Assembly: GCA_003599745.1 (NCBI GenBank)
Contig: QZJL01000029.1
Span: 1-48,334 of the forward strand
Direction of reading: 5' to 3'
DNA: 48,334 nucleotides
DNA from: Dehalococcoidia bacterium
GTDB lineage: Bacteria > Chloroflexota > Dehalococcoidia > Dehalococcoidales > SURF-40
Shown piece after piece: positions 1 to 10,186 of this stretch. The notes under the pieces are model-generated. The model ran no database searches. It saw only the letters and a program-made list of their open reading frames with translations, and had not been told where the DNA came from. The translations under genes and the position numbers were made by a program. Each line of letters starts with the position of its first letter. Within the stretch, counting starts at the first letter, position 1.

Positions 1-1088
<1,088 letters not shown>

Positions 1089-1101
1089 CAGATGAACCAA
1101 C

Positions 1102-1117
1102 GGGGCGTTTGAACATC
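1102..1117. repeat. Direct repeat copy 2 (GGGGCGTTTGAACATC)
   Basis: Exact match to 664..679. Lies 14 nt after the stop of ORF 708..1088. Confidence 0.8.
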
Positions 1118-1218
1118 TGGGGATGATTGGAGCAACCCGGTTGTGGGAAAATTGTCATGTTGACAAACGAAAGACCGAGCGCATAAACTAAAGGAAAACG
1201 CGGGGGATGAGGTGAAAG

Positions 1219-2394
1219 ATGAAGTTACTGGTTATCGGTTTTGGGCAGTGCGGCGGGCGTATCGCCGATGAATTTGCCAGGTTGAATCTCAGGGCACGAC
1301 GGGAGCGCGGCATAGAGATTGCGCCCGGCGTCTTTGCCGTCAACACCGATGCCGCCGACTTAAGCGGCCTTTCCGCCATCCGGCCTGATTACCAGCACCG
1401 GATTTTGATTGGCAGCCGCAAAACCGGCGGTCACGGGGTGGGCAAAGTCAATGAGCTGGGAGCCGAAGTCGCCCGCGACGACGCCGATAAAATCGTAGAC
1501 GCCATCCGCTCGACCAAGCGCTTCTTCGAGTCGGACGCGTTTTTGCTTATCGCCAGCACCGGCGGCGGCACCGGCTCGGGGGCGCTTCCCGTCATGACCA
1601 AGCTCATCAAAGAGCGCTACATGGACAAGCCGGTCTACACCCTAGTCATTCTGCCCTTCGAGCACGAGGAATCCACCGAGGAAAGAAGCGTCTACAACAC
1701 CGCTACCTGCATTAAATCGGTCTCTTCTGCCGCCGACGCCGTGTTCCTGGTTGACAACCAGCGCTATGTGAGGAAAGACTTCTCGCTGCGCAACAACCTG
1801 TCTAAAATCAACGAACTGATTGCCGAACCTTTCTACAACCTGCTCTGTGCCGGTGAGGAGAAAAAGGCAAAGTACGTCGGCGCCAAGATAATTGACGCCG
1901 GCGATATTATCCAGACGGTTACCGGGTTCACCGCCATCGGTTACGGGCGGGAGCAGCTGTCGGCCTTTTCCTTTCCCTTTATCCGCAAGACCGACTTCCG
2001 AACCAAGAGCACCGAGACGCACAAGGGCATCCAGGCAATGGACAAGGCCATCAGCGAGCTATCGGTGAAGTGCAACCCGGCGGATGCTGACAAGGCGCTC
2101 TACCTGCTTGCCGCGCCGCACAGGGAAATGAATATGGATCTTGTGAAAGAGCTGGGCGAGTACCTGCGTTCCCTGGCTCCCCAGGCCACCATCCGCAACG
2201 GCGACTACCCCCGGGAAAAGGGGTTCATGGACGTTACCGTCATATTATCCGGCCTCTCCGACATGGAGAAGGTGCGTGAATACTATGCCCGCTCCACTGT
2301 CTTCATTCCCGAGTTCCAGAGGCGGCAGGTGGAATCGGCGAGCAAGCTCAAGCAGATTGACGAAGCCGCCAAAGACATCCCGTCGCTGTTGTAG
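1219..2394 (+). CDS. Tubulin/FtsZ-superfamily GTPase, CetZ-like
   Basis: N-terminus MKLLVIGFGQCGGRIADEF resembles tubulin GQCGNQ and archaeal CetZ MKLxxIGFGQxGG. Tubulin signature GGGTGSG is present (IASTGGGTGSGALPV), not the FtsZ form GGGTGTG. GHGVG..NELGAE and AGE motifs line up with my recollection of haloarchaeal CetZ1. GAGGTG SD lies 5 nt upstream. Confidence 0.85.
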   Translation: MKLLVIGFGQCGGRIADEFARLNLRARRERGIEIAPGVFAVNTDAADLSGLSAIRPDYQHRILIGSRKTGGHGVGKVNELGAEVARDDADKIVDAIRSTKRFFESDAFLLIASTGGGTGSGALPVMTKLIKERYMDKPVYTLVILPFEHEESTEERSVYNTATCIKSVSSAADAVFLVDNQRYVRKDFSLRNNLSKINELIAEPFYNLLCAGEEKKAKYVGAKIIDAGDIIQTVTGFTAIGYGREQLSAFSFPFIRKTDFRTKSTETHKGIQAMDKAISELSVKCNPADADKALYLLAAPHREMNMDLVKELGEYLRSLAPQATIRNGDYPREKGFMDVTVILSGLSDMEKVREYYARSTVFIPEFQRRQVESASKLKQIDEAAKDIPSLL

Positions 2395-2425
2395 GCGGGC
2401 TACCCCGCTACCTTCCGGTCTTAGC

Positions 2426-2448
2426 AGAGGGGGCTTGTTGCCCCCTCT
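2426..2448 (+). terminator. Candidate intrinsic terminator after the tubulin-like gene
   Basis: 9-bp perfect stem AGAGGGGGC/GCCCCCTCT with loop TTGTT, followed by CTTTGCC (weak U tract). Confidence 0.4.
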
Positions 2449-2560
2449 CTTTGCCTGATGACGCCTATCGTCTTTCAACTTAATCGGGTCTAAGCGGACG
2501 GATACCATTAAACGATAGTTTGGGCTATAATATGAAAGCCAGTAAAATCCAGAGGTATAG

Positions 2561-4200
<1,640 letters not shown>

Positions 4201-4204
<4 letters not shown>

Positions 4205-4500
4205 ACAAGTTTCTGCGCCAGGCGCAGCAGCTCCAGGCACAGCTGGCCAAAGCTCAGGAAGAGCTTGCCAGCCTGACACTAGAAGCCACCGCCGGCGGCG
4301 GCGCGGTGAAGGTCACGGTTGACGGCCAGCAGAACATCAAGTCCATTAAAATCTCGCCCGAGGTGGTGAGCAGAGAAGACACCGAGCTTCTCGAAGACAT
4401 GGTGCTCGCCGGCATTAACGAAGCGTTGGAAAAGTCCCGTAAAGCCGCCCAGGACAGGCTCGGTGGGCTTACCGGCGGTCTGAAAATCCCGGGGATGTAG
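4201..4500 (+). CDS. ybaB: Nucleoid-associated protein YbaB/EbfC family
   Basis: 99 aa, MNKFLRQAQQLQAQLAKAQEEL...AGGGAVKVTVDG. ATGA overlap with the dnaX stop. Canonical dnaX-ybaB-recR synteny. Confidence 0.9.
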
Positions 4501-4523
4501 TTGTAATTAATACAGGGTGTCAT

Positions 4524-4588
4524 AGAGGGGCAAAGCCCCTCTGAAATAAAAAATTCCCCTTCCCTACTTTATTCCTGAGGGAAGGGGA
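4524..4588. other. Two adjacent stem-loops in the ybaB-recR spacer
   Basis: First: 4524-4531 AGAGGGGC / 4535-4542 GCCCCTCT (8 bp, loop AAA). Second: 4555-4565 TCCCCTTCCCT / 4578-4588 AGGGAAGGGGA (11 bp, 12-nt loop). Confidence 0.6.
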
Positions 4589-4631
4589 TTAAGGGGATAG
4601 GTTACCCGAATAGGTATCCGTCCAGGAGGAA

Positions 4632-5246
4632 ATGGACTTGCCCGAACCGACACCGACCCCCGGTACGGTTGAGCGGCTCATCGGCGAACTGAACCGCCTG
4701 CCCGGCATCGGGCCGAAAAGCGCCCAGCGCCTGGCCTACCACCTGCTGCGTGCCTCGGCAGATGACGTCCGCTGCCTGGCCGAAGCCCTGACAGCCCTCA
4801 AAGAAAGGACCCGGCTCTGCTCTATCTGCTGCAACGTCACCGACAGCGACCCCTGCAATATCTGCCGCAGCGAGCAGCGCAACAAAGAGCAAATCTGCAT
4901 CGTGGAGCAACCGCAGGATATCCTCGCCATCGAGCACACCGGTGCTTACCACGGGCGCTACCACGTGCTGCACGGCGCCATTTCGCCCACCGAGGGCGTC
5001 GGCCCCGATAACGTGCGCATCAGCCATCTTATGCGCCGCCTCGACAGCGACCACGCGAGCGAGGTCATACTCGCCACCAACACCAACTTCGAGGGTGAGA
5101 CCACCGCTATGTACCTCACCCGCCTCATCGCTCCCCTAAACATCATGGTAACCCGCCTCGCAAGGGGCTTACCCTTCGGTACCGAGCTGGAATACGCCGA
5201 CGACGTGACCCTGACCCGCGCCCTGGAGGGGCGGCAGAGCTTTTAA
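4632..5246 (+). CDS. recR: Recombination protein RecR
   Basis: [17 protein letters not shown] helix-hairpin-helix, C4 zinc finger [16 protein letters not shown], Toprim region. AGGAGG SD. Confidence 0.95.
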   Translation: MDLPEPTPTPGTVERLIGELNRLPGIGPKSAQRLAYHLLRASADDVRCLAEALTALKERTRLCSICCNVTDSDPCNICRSEQRNKEQICIVEQPQDILAIEHTGAYHGRYHVLHGAISPTEGVGPDNVRISHLMRRLDSDHASEVILATNTNFEGETTAMYLTRLIAPLNIMVTRLARGLPFGTELEYADDVTLTRALEGRQSF

Positions 5247-5252
5247 CATCCT

Positions 5253-5951
5253 ATGATAACCGCCGGGAAAATCATCTCTTATTTGGAGGTGTGCCAAGAA
5301 GAAAGCGTAAATCTTCAAAGAGGCATGAATTTCCATTTGGGTAGCGGTTACAGTGTCATTCTGATGAGTCTCCGACGTGGTGCTCCGTATGCGGATAGAA
5401 CTGAAGAAAATGGGCAGATACTTATTTACGAAGGTCATGACATACCAAGAACTGACACCAGTCAGAACCCCAAAGCCGTTGACCAGCCGATGACAAACCC
5501 CAGCGGCTCACTAACTCAAAACGGCCTCTTTTACCAAGCTGCAAGTAAATACAAAGAGACCCGGGACAAACCTGAGCTTATAAGAGTCTACGAAAAGATT
5601 CACGCAGGCATTTGGGTTTATAATGGCTTGTTCAAATTAACCGATGCTTGGCAAGAGTTAAGCAAATCTCGAAAAATATTTAAGTTTAAGCTAGAAATAC
5701 TCGATGATACGACGAGAGTCAATAATGAGTTAAGAGAAAAGTCCCCAGAAAATAACCGCATAATCCCTTCCTCAGTGAAACTCGAGGTCTGGAAAAGAGG
5801 CAAGGGTCGGTGCGTGATTTGCGGGAGCAAGGATAACCTTCACTACGACCACATAATACCGTTCTCAAAAGGCGGCTCGTCCCTCGTGGCAGAGAATATT
5901 CAGCTTCTTTGCGTAAGGCACAATCTCGCTAAACGAGACAAAATAGAATAA
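5253..5951 (+). CDS. SRA/YDG-like (PUA-fold) domain fused to an HNH nuclease; putative modification-dependent (type IV) restriction endonuclease
   Basis: C-terminal HNH motif: CVICGSKDNLHYDHIIPFSKGG...NIQLLCVRHNLAKRDK. The N-terminal part follows the SRA pattern (S-x-ILMS..., LIYEGHD, DQ, IRVYEK, WVYNGLFKLTDAW, FKFKLE). AT-rich relative to its neighbours. Confidence 0.7.
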   Translation: MITAGKIISYLEVCQEESVNLQRGMNFHLGSGYSVILMSLRRGAPYADRTEENGQILIYEGHDIPRTDTSQNPKAVDQPMTNPSGSLTQNGLFYQAASKYKETRDKPELIRVYEKIHAGIWVYNGLFKLTDAWQELSKSRKIFKFKLEILDDTTRVNNELREKSPENNRIIPSSVKLEVWKRGKGRCVICGSKDNLHYDHIIPFSKGGSSLVAENIQLLCVRHNLAKRDKIE

Positions 5952-5953
5952 CT

Positions 5954-6739
5954 ATGTCCAGACCGCGTAACTATCAGACCGAAGCCCTCATTATCAGAAA
6001 GACCAGGCTCGGGGAAGCCGACCGCATCCTCAGCCTCTATACCCCCAAGCTGGGTAAAATCCAGGCGGTAGCCAAAGGAGTGCGGCGTCCCCGCAGCAAG
6101 ATGTCGGGGCACTTAGAGCTTGTCACCCACAGCCTTGTTTCGCTGGCGCGCGGGCGCAACATCGACACCGTCACCAACACCCGCACCATCACCGCTTTTC
6201 TGCCCCTGAAGAGCGACCTGCTGCGGGGGGCGGCGGCCCTCTACACTGCCGAGCTGGTTGACCGCTTCACCGCCGACCACATCGAAAATGAGCCGCTTTT
6301 CAAGCTGCTGCTGGCGACATGGCACAAGCTCGCCGGGACGGATGACATCGAGACCGCGCTGCGCTTTTTCGAGCTGCATTTGCTGGAAACGCTGGGCTAC
6401 CGCCCGGAGCTGGAGCACTGCGTCGCCTGCAAAGGGACTTTAACGGCGGCGGGCAACTGGTTTGGCCCGGCGGCGGGCGGCGTCATCTGCCTGGCTTGCG
6501 CCCCGCGCTACCCCCAGAGATTTCCGGTGTCACCCGAGGCGCTTGATACCCTACGTACCCTGCAAAAAAGTGAGCCAGCGACCCTCCCGACTGGCATCAG
6601 TCCAGCGGTATTAAGTGAACTCGTCGCTCTTCTGGGACGATACCTGGAGCACCTGCTGGAAAAAGAGGTCAAATCCGCCCGCTGGCTGGATACCCTCAGA
6701 ATGCAGCTTAACCGGAACGCCGCCAGCCATACCGCTTGA
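5954..6739 (+). CDS. recO: DNA repair protein RecO
   Basis: N-terminal OB fold: EALIIRKTRLGEADRILSLYTPKLGKIQAVAKGVRRPRSK. Cys motif CVAC...CLAC. Confidence 0.9.
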   Translation: MSRPRNYQTEALIIRKTRLGEADRILSLYTPKLGKIQAVAKGVRRPRSKMSGHLELVTHSLVSLARGRNIDTVTNTRTITAFLPLKSDLLRGAAALYTAELVDRFTADHIENEPLFKLLLATWHKLAGTDDIETALRFFELHLLETLGYRPELEHCVACKGTLTAAGNWFGPAAGGVICLACAPRYPQRFPVSPEALDTLRTLQKSEPATLPTGISPAVLSELVALLGRYLEHLLEKEVKSARWLDTLRMQLNRNAASHTA

Positions 6740-6783
6740 AAACGGCGATGGTATAATAGGGCAAAAAACGCAAGGAGGTTCAT

Positions 6784-6948
6784 ATGGCGCAGGAGAATAA
6801 ACGCCGGGGCGGGGCAGGCAGTGCGCTGGCTGGTACCATCTGGTTCATCGGCTTCCTTTTCACCATCGGCTTTGCCAAACTGGTGTGGTGGCAAATCCTG
6901 TTCGGCATCGTCATCTGGCCGTATTACCTGGGAGTGGCGCTCAGGTAA
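6784..6948 (+). CDS. Small membrane protein, 54 aa (below the ORF-track cutoff)
   Basis: AAGGAGG SD lies 6 nt before the ATG. Translation MAQENKRRGGAGSALAGTIWFIGFLFTIGFAKLVWWQILFGIVIWPYYLGVALR has two hydrophobic helices. G/C-biased third codon positions. Confidence 0.45.
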   Translation: MAQENKRRGGAGSALAGTIWFIGFLFTIGFAKLVWWQILFGIVIWPYYLGVALR

Positions 6949-7031
6949 GATTCCTTTACTATCAGCCTCGCAACCTTTATAATAGCCGTATCCAAGAGGA
7001 CTATTTGTCCTGAAACCGGAGACACCCAATC

Positions 7032-8519
7032 ATGACCAAGCAGACCAGCCTTGAAGCCATCACCGAAGAAAGGTTGCAGAAGCTAGAGCGCCTGCGCCAG
7101 CAGGGGTTTAACCCTTATCCCAACCGCTACCGCCGCAGCCATACCGCCAGCGAAGCCGTCGCTCTCCTGGGAACGCAGGAAGCGGCGGGCACCGAGGAAA
7201 GGGGCGAGGTCAGCGTGGCGGGGCGGGTCACCGCGCGGCGGGACATGGGCAAGATCAGCTTCATTGACTTGCGCGACGGCTCGGGGAAAATCCAGTTGCT
7301 ATGCAGTAATGCCCTCGGCGAAGAAGCCCGCCGGGTGCTCAAGGAAATTGACATCGGCGACATCATCGGCGCCAGCGGCAAGGTTTTTCGCACCCGCACC
7401 AAGGAGCCGACCATCGAGACGACCGACATCGTAATGCTCGCCAAGTCGCTCCGGCCGCTGCCGGAAAAATGGCACGGCCTGGCCGACGTTGACAAGCGGC
7501 ACCGCCAGCGCTACCTCGACCTCATCGCCAACCCCGGTGTGAAGGAGATTTTCGAGACCCGCAGCCGCGTCATCGCCAAAGTACGGCAGTTTATGAACCG
7601 GCGGGGGTTTATCGAGGTAGAAACGCCGGTGCTGCAGCCGGAGGCGGGTGGCGCGCTGGCAAGGCCCTTCGTCACCCACCATAACGCCCTCGACCAGGAT
7701 TTCTACCTGCGCATCGCCCTGGAACTTCACTTGAAGCGCCTTATCGTGGGCGGGCTGGAGCGGGTATATGAGATAGGGCGCATCTTCCGTAACGAGGGCC
7801 TTTCCCATAAACACAACCCGGAGTTCACCATGCTGGAATGCTACCAGGCCTACGCCGATTACCGGGACGTGATGAAGCTGGTCGAGAGTATGGTAGCAGG
7901 CGTCTGCCGCAAGACGCGGGGCAGCCTGACCGCCCAGTTCGTGGGGCATGAAATAAACTTCAAGCCACCCTGGAAGCGCCTCGACCTGCGGGAAGCGGTT
8001 AAAAGTTTCAGCGGCATTGACTACGCCGAATGTCCCGACGCCGCTTCGCTGGGCAATGCGATGGTAAAAATCGGAATGACGGTTGACCCGAACAAAGACC
8101 GGGGGCGGCTGATTGACGAGCTTATCTCGACCTACGTCGAACCGAATTTAGTCCAGCCCACCTTCCTGGTGGACTACCCGCGCGATATGTCGCCGCTGGC
8201 AAAAAACCGCCCCGACAACGACCGGGTAGTGGAGCGGTTCGAGGCTTTCGCCGGCGGGATGGAGATTGCCAACGCCTTCACCGAGCTTAACGACCCCGGT
8301 GAGCAGCGACGGCGTTTTAGGGAGCAGGTTGCAGGAAGGTCGGCGCACACCGAAGGCGAAGAATGGACGATTGACGAGGACTACTTGGAAGCGCTGGAAT
8401 ACGGTATGCCGCCCACCGGCGGCCTGGGGGTGGGCATTGACCGGCTGGTGATGCTGGTTACCGGCCAGGAGTCCATCCGCGAGGTGATTTTGTTCCCCCA
8501 GTTAAGGGACAAGCCATAA
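7032..8519 (+). CDS. lysS: Lysine--tRNA ligase (class II)
   Basis: OB-fold N-domain, class II motifs FRNEG and GMPPTGGLGVGIDRLVML. 495 aa. Confidence 0.95.
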   Translation: MTKQTSLEAITEERLQKLERLRQQGFNPYPNRYRRSHTASEAVALLGTQEAAGTEERGEVSVAGRVTARRDMGKISFIDLRDGSGKIQLLCSNALGEEARRVLKEIDIGDIIGASGKVFRTRTKEPTIETTDIVMLAKSLRPLPEKWHGLADVDKRHRQRYLDLIANPGVKEIFETRSRVIAKVRQFMNRRGFIEVETPVLQPEAGGALARPFVTHHNALDQDFYLRIALELHLKRLIVGGLERVYEIGRIFRNEGLSHKHNPEFTMLECYQAYADYRDVMKLVESMVAGVCRKTRGSLTAQFVGHEINFKPPWKRLDLREAVKSFSGIDYAECPDAASLGNAMVKIGMTVDPNKDRGRLIDELISTYVEPNLVQPTFLVDYPRDMSPLAKNRPDNDRVVERFEAFAGGMEIANAFTELNDPGEQRRRFREQVAGRSAHTEGEEWTIDEDYLEALEYGMPPTGGLGVGIDRLVMLVTGQESIREVILFPQLRDKP

Positions 8520-8546
8520 AAACACGCCGCTCGCAAGGAGAAGCCG

Positions 8547-9791
8547 ATGCTCGACCTTAAATATATCAGGGAAAACCCCGAAGCCATCCGCAAGGCGCTT
8601 GCCAGCCGCAAGGACACCGGCCCCCTTGACGACATCATCCGGCTCGACGGTGAACGGCGCGAGAAACTGGCCGAGCTTGACGAGTTGCGTCACGCCCGTA
8701 AGGAAGCCTCGAAAGTCCGGCAAGAGTCCGGGGAAGGCCGAGCGCTCCGGGAGAAGATTAAGACGCTCGAAGAAACGGCGAAAAACCTCGACGAGCAGGT
8801 GGGGGCGCTCCTGCTGCACATGCCCAACATCCCGCAGCCCTCGGTGCCGGTGGGCGCCGGTGAGGAAGACAATGTTATTGTGCGCGCCTGGGGCGAGCCG
8901 AAACAATACCCCTTCACCCTTCTCCCCCACTGGCAGCTCGGCGATAAACTGGACATCATTGACTTCGAGCGCGGCGTCAAAATCTCCGGCACCCGGTTTT
9001 ACGTCCTCAAAGGCCAGGGAGCGAAGCTTCAGCGTGCTCTCATCAACTTTATGCTCGACCTGCATACGAGCGAGCACGGCTATCGCGAGATCTACCCGCC
9101 GTTCATGGTGAAAAGGGAATGCCTGGTCGGCTCGGGCAACCTGCCCAAGTTCTCCGACAACCTCTACCGCGACGCCATTGACGATTTCTGGTTCGTGCCC
9201 ACCGCCGAGGTGCCGCTCACCAACCTGCACCGCGACGAAATCATCCCGCCGGGCGCACTACCCATTAACTACGTGGCCTACACCGCCTGCTTCCGGCGTG
9301 AGAAGATGTCGGCAGGCAAAGATACGAGGGGCATCAAGCGCGGCCACCAGTTCGACAAGGTGGAGATGTACAAGTTCACCGAGCCGGAAAGATCGAACGA
9401 AGAGCTGGAAAAGATGGTCGCCAACGCCGAAGACGTCTGCCAGAAGCTGGGCCTCGCCTACCGCGTCATCGCTCTCTGCACTGCCGACCTGGGCTTTGCC
9501 TCCACCAAGTCGTATGATATTAACGTCTGGGCGGCAGGTTCGGGCGAGTGGCTCGAAGTAAGCTCCTGCTCCAACTGCGGCGACTTCCAGGCGCGCCGCG
9601 CCAACGTCCGCTACCGCCCCAGCCCTGAAGAAAGGCCTCGCTACGTGCACACCCTCAACGGCTCGGGGCTGGCCCTCCCCCGCATCCTGATTGCGGTGCT
9701 AGAAAACTACCAGCAGGCCGACGGCTCAATCGCCGTTCCCGAGGCGCTGCAGCCGTTTATGGGGACAAAAGTCATAAAGCAGCAGGCGTAA
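8547..9791 (+). CDS. serS: Serine--tRNA ligase
   Basis: MLDLKYIRENPE coiled-coil arm, TAEVPL, CFRRE, LNGSGLALPRILIAVLENYQ. Confidence 0.95.
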   Translation: MLDLKYIRENPEAIRKALASRKDTGPLDDIIRLDGERREKLAELDELRHARKEASKVRQESGEGRALREKIKTLEETAKNLDEQVGALLLHMPNIPQPSVPVGAGEEDNVIVRAWGEPKQYPFTLLPHWQLGDKLDIIDFERGVKISGTRFYVLKGQGAKLQRALINFMLDLHTSEHGYREIYPPFMVKRECLVGSGNLPKFSDNLYRDAIDDFWFVPTAEVPLTNLHRDEIIPPGALPINYVAYTACFRREKMSAGKDTRGIKRGHQFDKVEMYKFTEPERSNEELEKMVANAEDVCQKLGLAYRVIALCTADLGFASTKSYDINVWAAGSGEWLEVSSCSNCGDFQARRANVRYRPSPEERPRYVHTLNGSGLALPRILIAVLENYQQADGSIAVPEALQPFMGTKVIKQQA

Positions 9792-9810
9792 AGCCTGAGG
9801 AGGTGTCACG

Positions 9811-9966
9811 ATGGATATGTGGTTGGTCTTTTACTGGACTGGGCCGATTGGCGTCGGCATCTTCCTTATCTGCCTGGGGGCGATGATTTTCCTGCTCACC
9901 AAGGCCGACGAAGTCTCGAAGCGCGCCAAGGCGTTCGCCAGAGAAAAGGGCTTGGACAAAAAGTAA
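9811..9966 (+). CDS. Small membrane protein, 51 aa (below the ORF-track cutoff)
   Basis: GAGGAGG SD lies 7 nt before the ATG. Translation MDMWLVFYWTGPIGVGIFLICLGAMIFLLTKADEVSKRAKAFAREKGLDKK has one TM helix and a basic tail. Preferred over the overlapping listed ORF 9819..10052. Confidence 0.45.
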   Translation: MDMWLVFYWTGPIGVGIFLICLGAMIFLLTKADEVSKRAKAFAREKGLDKK

Positions 9967-10141
9967 CCACACCGCTTCGGTTCCATTTCAGGGTGTTAAC
10001 GTTCCGGGCGGATGACCGGAGGCAAAGAGTTGAAATGTGGGTTGCGAATTAAGCCACATTAGGTTAAAATGTTTTAGTTTGGAACAGGCGTTCCCTCAGG
10101 TTGTCGGGGGAAACAGCCGGGCCGAATCCGGCAGTGGCAAA

Positions 10142-10173
10142 GAAGCCGCGGGACCATCAAGTCCCGCGGCTTC
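10142..10173 (+). other. 13-bp perfect stem-loop in the 5' leader of the CDF transporter gene
   Basis: GAAGCCGCGGGAC (10142-10154) / loop CATCAA / GTCCCGCGGCTTC (10161-10173). It sits 14-23 nt upstream of the candidate start codons. Confidence 0.6.
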
Positions 10174-10186
10174 TCAATAACGTGAG

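Noticed and set aside
2395-2560. Possible SRP (4.5S/scRNA) gene upstream of dnaX, as in Bacillus.
   Set aside because: I found only a terminator-like hairpin and a TATAAT box. I could not find an extended helix with the conserved SRP domain IV loop motifs.
6949-7031. T-box leader upstream of lysS (and 8520..8546 upstream of serS).
   Set aside because: The spacers are only 83 and 27 nt, far too short for a T-box riboswitch. No T-box consensus (AANNNGGGTGGTACCGCG-like) was seen.
8502-9230. 242-aa minus-strand ORF, one of many long antisense ORFs (others include 2732..3325, 7299..7949, 18970..19626, 35587..36189, 40955..41905 and 47022..48011).
   Set aside because: Each lies entirely antisense to a confidently identified gene (serS, dnaX, lysS, atpA, ftsK, the gltB-like gene, glgP). 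The translations are Arg/Gly/Ala/Pro-rich and low-complexity, as expected for stop-poor shadow frames in high-GC DNA. None has an SD or a recognisable motif.
9819-10052. Listed 77-aa plus-strand ORF downstream of serS.
   Set aside because: It has no SD and an implausible Arg/Gly-rich translation. The overlapping frame starting at 9811 has a consensus SD and encodes a clean TM peptide.
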